From a virus, in IMG/VR virus record IMGVR_UViG_3300031963_009342, positions 39,273 through 103,272 of that record: a stretch of 64,000 bases of DNA, one strand, 5' to 3'. Each line of letters starts with the position of its first letter. The stretch's first letter is position 1. Below, piece after piece: positions 59,877 to 64,000 of this stretch. Position numbers and translations under genes: made by a program. Under the pieces are notes generated by a model. That model ran no database searches. It had not been told where the DNA came from and saw nothing but the letters and a program-made list of their open reading frames with translations.

Positions 59877-60145
59877 TGAAATTCAAAAATTTTGAGGGTA
59901 AAGAATATACTGTTAATTATAACAAACTCAATGCCAGATTAAATGCCTCGGGATTGTGTGATAATCCAACAATTAAAAAACATCCCACAATCATAGTAGA
60001 TCCCACATTAAAACCTCGTAGACAGCTAAATGTTTTAATTGAAGAAGTATTTCATGCACATCTTTATGATTTGCCAGAAAAGAAAGCGCGTAAATTTGCC
60101 GCTAACCTCGGTAAATTGATATATAACCGTTTTATTAAAAAATGA
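59873..60145 (+). CDS. hypothetical protein, degenerate zincin-like
   Basis: GLCD..LIEEVFHAH (HExxH-like with first His replaced). Confidence 0.55.
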   Translation: MMKFKNFEGKEYTVNYNKLNARLNASGLCDNPTIKKHPTIIVDPTLKPRRQLNVLIEEVFHAHLYDLPEKKARKFAANLGKLIYNRFIKK

Positions 60146-60300
60146 AAAAGATTATAAATACATTAATTGGACTAGTCGGAGGTGTTATATTCTCAATACT
60201 ATTAATATCAGTACTTACTGTATTCTTTGTGGTATTACTTCCGTTTCTATTTTATTTCACAGTAAGAGAAGTACTTAAATATTTAACAACAACCAAATAA
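60142..60300 (+). CDS. small membrane protein (52 aa)
   Basis: Below the ORF-track cutoff; MKKIINTLIGLVGGVIFSILLISVLTVFFVVLLPFLFYF... fills the gap exactly. Confidence 0.6.
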   Translation: MKKIINTLIGLVGGVIFSILLISVLTVFFVVLLPFLFYFTVREVLKYLTTTK

Positions 60301-60301
60301 T

Positions 60302-60808
60302 ATGAACAAAATAAGCAAAAACATCATACTAACATACGCAAAAGGTATTCGTACAATTCAGTCCGAACAAATTGATCCGTACCTAAAACTAATTGAAGAT
60401 GAATTAATCAAGGTATATCCGGAACTAAAAGATCGAGATGATAATGCTTTGAATTGGACATTTGATATAATGAATGCCGAATCAAACGCTGAAGTCGTAG
60501 AAACTTTAGAAAGACTTAACAAAATAATCAACGATGAACGTGTAAGCAAATGGACTTGTAATTATTGTGGTAAAAATACATATAACGATGACGTTGAATA
60601 TCTTTTTGGTACAAATCACATCAGTTGTGCTCTGACAGAAGATATTAAAAATAGATCACACAGCGACCCAGATTACAACTTAAATCCTGAACTTAGAAAA
60701 ATTAGTGATCTTGAAAATGAACTAAGACATACAAAACGAGAACTTCAAAACTTGGAATTAAAACTTGAACATCTAAGACGAGATTATCATCACGAACCAA
60801 CTAATTAA
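60302..60808 (+). CDS. hypothetical protein with Zn-binding motif and coiled-coil tail
   Basis: CNYC..HISC; heptad-rich C-terminus. Confidence 0.65.
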   Translation: MNKISKNIILTYAKGIRTIQSEQIDPYLKLIEDELIKVYPELKDRDDNALNWTFDIMNAESNAEVVETLERLNKIINDERVSKWTCNYCGKNTYNDDVEYLFGTNHISCALTEDIKNRSHSDPDYNLNPELRKISDLENELRHTKRELQNLELKLEHLRRDYHHEPTN

Positions 60809-60814
60809 AACAAC

Positions 60815-60840
60815 AAGCGTACTCAAGGTACGCTTTTTTT
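60815..60840 (+). terminator. intrinsic terminator
   Basis: AAGCGTAC-TCAAG-GTACGCTT followed by a T-tract. Confidence 0.8.
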
Positions 60841-60841
60841 G

Positions 60842-60869
60842 TTGACTACCCCCCGATATCGTGTATACT
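60842..60869 (+). promoter_or_regulatory. sigma70-like promoter TTGACT-N16-TATACT
   Basis: Immediately after the terminator, 8 nt before ATG 60878. Confidence 0.7.
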
Positions 60870-60877
60870 TGTTATAT

Positions 60878-61129
60878 ATGATTAAATGTGGCTGTGGAAA
60901 CGAAATTCATCCTGAACGATATGAACTTGGTTACAAGATTTGTTTGTCATGTGGCGAACAATCCGCAGCAAAACAAAGACCATATGGTTATTTACATTTT
61001 GGTCACAAAACAGCTGGTAGTATTGTAATTACTTCTAAAAAAGCTTTTGAGAATTATTCTAAAGTTTCATATCGTAAAGGAAAAGCCAGTAATATGGCAT
61101 ATGCAAGTCGTTTGAGTACATCTTTTTAA
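60878..61129 (+). CDS. DksA/TraR-like C4 zinc-finger protein
   Basis: Likely start MIKCGCGNEIHPERYELGYKICLSC. Confidence 0.6.
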   Translation: MIKCGCGNEIHPERYELGYKICLSCGEQSAAKQRPYGYLHFGHKTAGSIVITSKKAFENYSKVSYRKGKASNMAYASRLSTSF

Positions 61130-61141
61130 TATTTATATAAT

Positions 61142-61393
61142 ATGACAGCAACATTCTATAAAACCGTATATCAACGTAAATTTGATGAACTTCCACGATG
61201 GAAACAGCTGGCAATCGTAGAAGATAGTGGACGCAATCATTGGAGTGGAATTCTTACCGATTTTATTAAATCTGTAATTGAAGAAGCTGAAAAAGAATAC
61301 GCTAACTCCAAAACACGGAACGAAATTGCACCATTGGAACCTACACCCGAAACATCCGTTAAAGACAAAAAAATTACGAAGAAAAAAAGTTGA
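61142..61393 (+). CDS. hypothetical protein
   Basis: 83 aa, preceded by TATTTATA. Confidence 0.6.
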   Translation: MTATFYKTVYQRKFDELPRWKQLAIVEDSGRNHWSGILTDFIKSVIEEAEKEYANSKTRNEIAPLEPTPETSVKDKKITKKKS

Positions 61394-61418
61394 CTTTTTA
61401 TAAAGTGAGTGGTATAGT
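61390..61418 (+). promoter_or_regulatory. sigma70-like promoter TTGACT-N17-TATAGT with extended -10
   Basis: A-tract upstream; GTGG before the -10. Confidence 0.7.
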
Positions 61419-61427
61419 AATTTTACT

Positions 61428-61970
61428 ATGAATGTTTTGGATCACTTAAAGTCTTCGTCTGTTGACGATATTAAGACTTATTGTAAGAGTACTAGTATCA
61501 ATGCCGGTGTAGCCATGATGCACGTTAATGGCGACTTTAATCTATCTACGTTGGTTCGAAATGCCAATTTTTTCGGCTTTAAGGAAGCTTTTTATGTTGG
61601 AGGCAGCAAGCAGTGGGATCGTCGTGGTACCGTAGGTACACATCATTATACAGATTTGAAGCACATTAAGACAGAAGAAGATTTTGTATCTTATGTACGG
61701 TTAAACAATTATACTTTGATTGCTATTGAAAATAATATTCCTGAGTATGATAACAAGACGTGTAACCTATTCAGTTATAATTGTTTTGATAGTTCTTGTT
61801 ATCCAATGTTTATTTTTGGCGAAGAAAAGTGCGGTTTGAGTAATTATATGCTTGATCAAAGTGATATGATTATCACTATTCCAGCGTATGGTAGTGTACG
61901 TTCACTTAACGTAGGTACTACTAGTGGCATTGTAATGAGTTTTTATCGCAATTTCGTAGACAACAACTAA
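61428..61970 (+). CDS. SpoU/TrmH-family RNA 2'-O-methyltransferase
   Basis: NLSTLVRNANFFG, IFGEEKCGLS, ITIPAYGSVRSLNV (SPOUT motifs). Confidence 0.9.
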   Translation: MNVLDHLKSSSVDDIKTYCKSTSINAGVAMMHVNGDFNLSTLVRNANFFGFKEAFYVGGSKQWDRRGTVGTHHYTDLKHIKTEEDFVSYVRLNNYTLIAIENNIPEYDNKTCNLFSYNCFDSSCYPMFIFGEEKCGLSNYMLDQSDMIITIPAYGSVRSLNVGTTSGIVMSFYRNFVDNN

Positions 61971-61982
61971 AATATATAAAAT

Positions 61983-62195
61983 ATGAGTACTAAGTATGTA
62001 ATGGACAATAACAACCGCAACATTGGTTATACCAAAGATATGGGATCTGTAATTTATGCCCACGATAAAACTGGAAAAAATGTTGGTTATTATAATCCAA
62101 CCAGCAACACTACGTTTGATCGTAATGGCAAGCGTTATGGTAACGGCAATTTGACCGAATCGTTGGTTTTTGAAGCTTCAAAATCTTCAAAATAA
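61983..62195 (+). CDS. hypothetical beta-repeat protein
   Basis: Three D-x-x-G/N-x-x-x-G repeats. Confidence 0.6.
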   Translation: MSTKYVMDNNNRNIGYTKDMGSVIYAHDKTGKNVGYYNPTSNTTFDRNGKRYGNGNLTESLVFEASKSSK

Positions 62196-62210
62196 TTTTG
62201 AAAAAGAACG

Positions 62211-62238
62211 TTGACATTTTCAAAATCAGTGGTAAGAT
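62211..62238 (+). promoter_or_regulatory. sigma70-like promoter TTGACA-N16-TAAGAT with extended -10
   Basis: GTGGTAAGAT, also seen at 63760-63769. Confidence 0.7.
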
Positions 62239-62253
62239 GAATTTGTAGTCGGT

Positions 62254-62296
62254 AAATAAAACAATAAAACAAACAATAAAACAAAAAATAAAAAAC
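62254..62296 (+). repeat. G-free A-rich leader with AATAAAAC repeats
   Basis: aaataaaacaataaaacaaacaataaaacaaaaaataaaaaac directly before ATG 62297. Confidence 0.6.
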
Positions 62297-62542
62297 ATGA
62301 ACACAAGCAAGACTGGCCGTAAGGCAATCACCGTAGTTGAAATCACTGATCGTAACTTCACGATTGTTGATCTTAGTAACCTCAACTCCACAGTCAAAAC
62401 TCCTACGCTACGAATGCACGTTAAACGTAATCTAGCTAACGGTCGTTATACTGTTGCGGGCTCTCAGAAGACCGGTAAACGTGGTAAGCCTAGTACGGTA
62501 TACACTTACAATACAACCGAAACTAAAGCTGTTTCTGCTTAA
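62297..62542 (+). CDS. small basic winged-helix-like DNA-binding protein
   Basis: FTIVDL..TPTLRMHV..GKRGKPSTVY wing motif. Confidence 0.6.
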   Translation: MNTSKTGRKAITVVEITDRNFTIVDLSNLNSTVKTPTLRMHVKRNLANGRYTVAGSQKTGKRGKPSTVYTYNTTETKAVSA

Positions 62543-62553
62543 ATTGGATATAA

Positions 62554-62588
62554 TCGGGGATAGGTAAATAATATCTATCTATCCCCGA
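62554..62588 (+). other. strong hairpin after the gene, no U-tract
   Basis: TCGGGGATAG / CTATCCCCGA 10-bp stem. Confidence 0.6.
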
Positions 62589-62619
62589 GTTAACAACTAT
62601 TTATTACTAAAAGTAGTAT

Positions 62620-62775
62620 ATGGGAAAGTCATTCAAAGATCGTCGTTCGCGTAACGAAGGAAATTGGCGAAATAAGACAACTAAAAAGTCTAACAAAAAG
62701 TGGCAAACTACAGATAGTAAACCCAATCGTTATAATTCAAAATATGAAGACGAAGACTACTCAAACGGTTATTAA
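62620..62775 (+). CDS. small basic/acidic protein (51 aa)
   Basis: Below the track cutoff; MGKSFKDRRSRNEG...YEDEDYSNGY*. Confidence 0.55.
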   Translation: MGKSFKDRRSRNEGNWRNKTTKKSNKKWQTTDSKPNRYNSKYEDEDYSNGY

Positions 62776-62926
62776 TAACCTAAAAGGTAAAATTGCTGAA
62801 CGTAAACTGCAACTCACAGATCTATACGCACAGTATTATTATAAATCCGCTATCAAACAGGCTGTAGATGAAAAGATTGGTGTTGAACCAAATCGTGATC
62901 TACTACGTTACGTTGAAGGAAACTAA
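62744..62926 (+). CDS. hypothetical protein
   Basis: 60-aa ORF. Confidence 0.5.
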   Translation: MKTKTTQTVINNLKGKIAERKLQLTDLYAQYYYKSAIKQAVDEKIGVEPNRDLLRYVEGN

Positions 62927-62947
62927 AAAATTAAAAATAAAGGTTAT

Positions 62948-63235
62948 ATGAAGAATACTACACTCAAGCAGTTGGTACGTGACCGTGATGGTCAGCCCCG
63001 TGGAATGGTTGTTGCCACAGTTATTGATGGCACGGTTCGTCTAGGATGGAGTCATACCAATACAAAAGCAGGTGACCGTTTTGATAAACGTAAAGCACTA
63101 ACTATCGCTCTAGGTCGTGCTGAAAACGGTTGGGGGCCAACCACAGTCGTGCCAGTAAGTACCCGCAAAGTTCTTAATAAAATGGCAGAACGTGCTGTAC
63201 GTTATTACAAGAATGTGCCGGTAACCCTAACCTAA
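62948..63235 (+). CDS. hypothetical phage protein
   Basis: GWS....D.FDK..A..IALGRA pattern. Confidence 0.7.
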   Translation: MKNTTLKQLVRDRDGQPRGMVVATVIDGTVRLGWSHTNTKAGDRFDKRKALTIALGRAENGWGPTTVVPVSTRKVLNKMAERAVRYYKNVPVTLT

Positions 63236-63246
63236 TACTTATATTC

Positions 63247-63579
63247 ATGGACAGATATATTAACAACAACTTTTTCGGATCCGTAGACGATCTACTAAAT
63301 CATTGTACACACCTAGATGTAGATAAAATTGAACAACAAGTCAAAGCTGAAGAAAAAGAAGAATGTATTCGGGTTATTATGAAAGAACTTGAATGTAATG
63401 AGTTTGAAGCGGGTGTAATCTATAATGAAATTGCCTTGGTAGAAGTTAAAGAAACAGTTGACAAGATGGTAGCAGATGGTCTATTATATATGTCAGGTCA
63501 TACTGAAGATGGAGAACCACTGTTCAGTCTAACTGAGCTTGGTAAAGCTGTTCGTGACAAAATGAATAAAGACAAGTAG
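63247..63579 (+). CDS. hypothetical protein, C-terminal winged-helix-like
   Basis: VDKMVADGLL..FSLTELGK. Confidence 0.6.
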   Translation: MDRYINNNFFGSVDDLLNHCTHLDVDKIEQQVKAEEKEECIRVIMKELECNEFEAGVIYNEIALVEVKETVDKMVADGLLYMSGHTEDGEPLFSLTELGKAVRDKMNKDK

Positions 63580-63593
63580 ATTGTCTAATGCTA

Positions 63594-63674
63594 GCTCCGG
63601 TACTGGCGGGGTCTTCTAAGCCCTAAGTGCATAAATGGATGAAAATGGGGGTTCAAGTCCCTCTCGGAGCGCCA
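63594..63674 (+). tRNA. atypical tRNA-Arg(UCU)-like gene lacking a D-arm
   Basis: Acceptor GCTCCGG/TCGGAGC+G+CCA; anticodon arm GGGGT-CTTCTAA-GCCCT; T-arm GGGGG-TTCAAGT-CCCTC; only TACTGGC between acceptor and anticodon stems. Confidence 0.7.
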
Positions 63675-63741
63675 TTTTTTTGTAATTTATTCAATATATT
63701 TTATATTTATAAGTTACCTCAAAACTTTTGAAAAAAAGTTC

Positions 63742-63769
63742 TCGATCTTTGAAAACTTAGTGGTAAGAT
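63742..63769 (+). promoter_or_regulatory. extended -10 promoter (GTGGTAAGAT), weak -35, overlapping a boxA-like GATCTTTGAAAAC
   Basis: -10 region identical to the 62211 promoter. Confidence 0.55.
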
Positions 63770-63781
63770 AAAGAAGTAGTA

Positions 63782-63891
63782 AGTGATGGTTCTTTTAAGC
63801 ATGGTGGGAGAAGCACTCCTCTAGAACATCTACGTATGGCGGAACTGCCTCGGCCTTTAACCGAAGGGGGTCACCAACAAAGAACATCGCT
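63782..63891 (+). ncRNA. candidate structured small RNA
   Basis: Closing helix AGTGATG(G)TTCTTT/AAAGAACATCGCT, inner TGGTGG/TCACCA and several small hairpins; GC-rich versus surroundings. Confidence 0.5.
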
Positions 63892-63892
63892 G

Positions 63893-63920
63893 TTGACAAA
63901 AGAAGAAAATGTGGTAGGAT
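63893..63920 (+). promoter_or_regulatory. sigma70-like promoter TTGACA-N16-TAGGAT with extended -10
   Basis: Consensus -35; GTGG before the -10. Confidence 0.7.
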
Positions 63921-63926
63921 AAAAAA

Positions 63927-64000
63927 GTAACGGAGATGAAACTGAAGTTCATCTTAAAAGAGTGACTAGGAACCGAATCCGTAACTTAGTTCTTTAAAAA
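63927..64000 (+). ncRNA. candidate pseudoknotted RNA or leader (may continue past the window)
   Basis: GATGAA/TTCATC hairpin; GACTAGG/CTTAGTT hairpin whose loop TCCGT complements the 5' ACGGA. Confidence 0.4.

Noticed and set aside
637-62397. Many short ORF-track entries antisense or out of frame to longer genes (e.g. 637, 2756, 3977, 19358, 22435, 22640, 23959, 44391, 49905, 59130, 62110)
   Set aside because: They overlap well-supported genes and show no motifs; treated as shadow ORFs
63613-63620. Amber suppressor (CUA) reading of the atypical tRNA, and stop-codon recoding
   Set aside because: The CUA register breaks the anticodon stem while UCU gives a proper 7-nt loop; conserved genes are intact in the standard code
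63616-63630. TAAGCCCTAAGTG resembles part of a pistol ribozyme
   Set aside because: The upstream hairpin with a complementary TTAGGG loop is absent; the segment is explained by the anticodon arm
63675-63740. tRNA-associated HDV-like (theta) ribozyme after the CCA
   Set aside because: The sequence there is almost all A/T with no nested pseudoknot

Overview
This 64-kb window is an AT-rich, gene-dense piece of a large T4-like (jumbo/huge) dsDNA phage genome read in the standard genetic code. The phage call rests on a gp43-like family B DNA polymerase, gp45-like sliding clamp, gp44-like clamp loader, dUTPase, Cas4/AddB-like nuclease, intein-containing SF2 helicase, T4-type lysozyme domain, HNH/GIY-YIG genes and many small ORFans behind sigma70-type promoters. 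About half the window (roughly 40 genes in three blocks: 1-18.6 kb, 25.5-38.5 kb, 53-58 kb, plus gmd at 44 kb) is a glycan-building toolkit: nucleotide-sugar synthesis, about 20 glycosyltransferase-like genes, methyltransferases, a LicD-cytidylyltransferase fusion, an amidotransferase and a radical SAM enzyme. Host-like accessory genes include IscU, ClpP-like, SpoU/TrmH and ferritin-like proteins. The most unusual items are at the right end: a CCA-ending tRNA-Arg(UCU)-like gene with no D-arm and a D-loop-like hairpin 3' of the anticodon arm, followed by two promoter-driven structured RNA candidates with boxA-like motifs. Also notable are a naturally split GT-B enzyme, an RmlB duplicate lacking its catalytic Asp, an ORFan sharing the polymerase's C-terminal clamp-binding-like peptide, and modular proteins punctuated by prohead-protease-like sites. 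All calls come from motif recognition by eye; no database searches were run.
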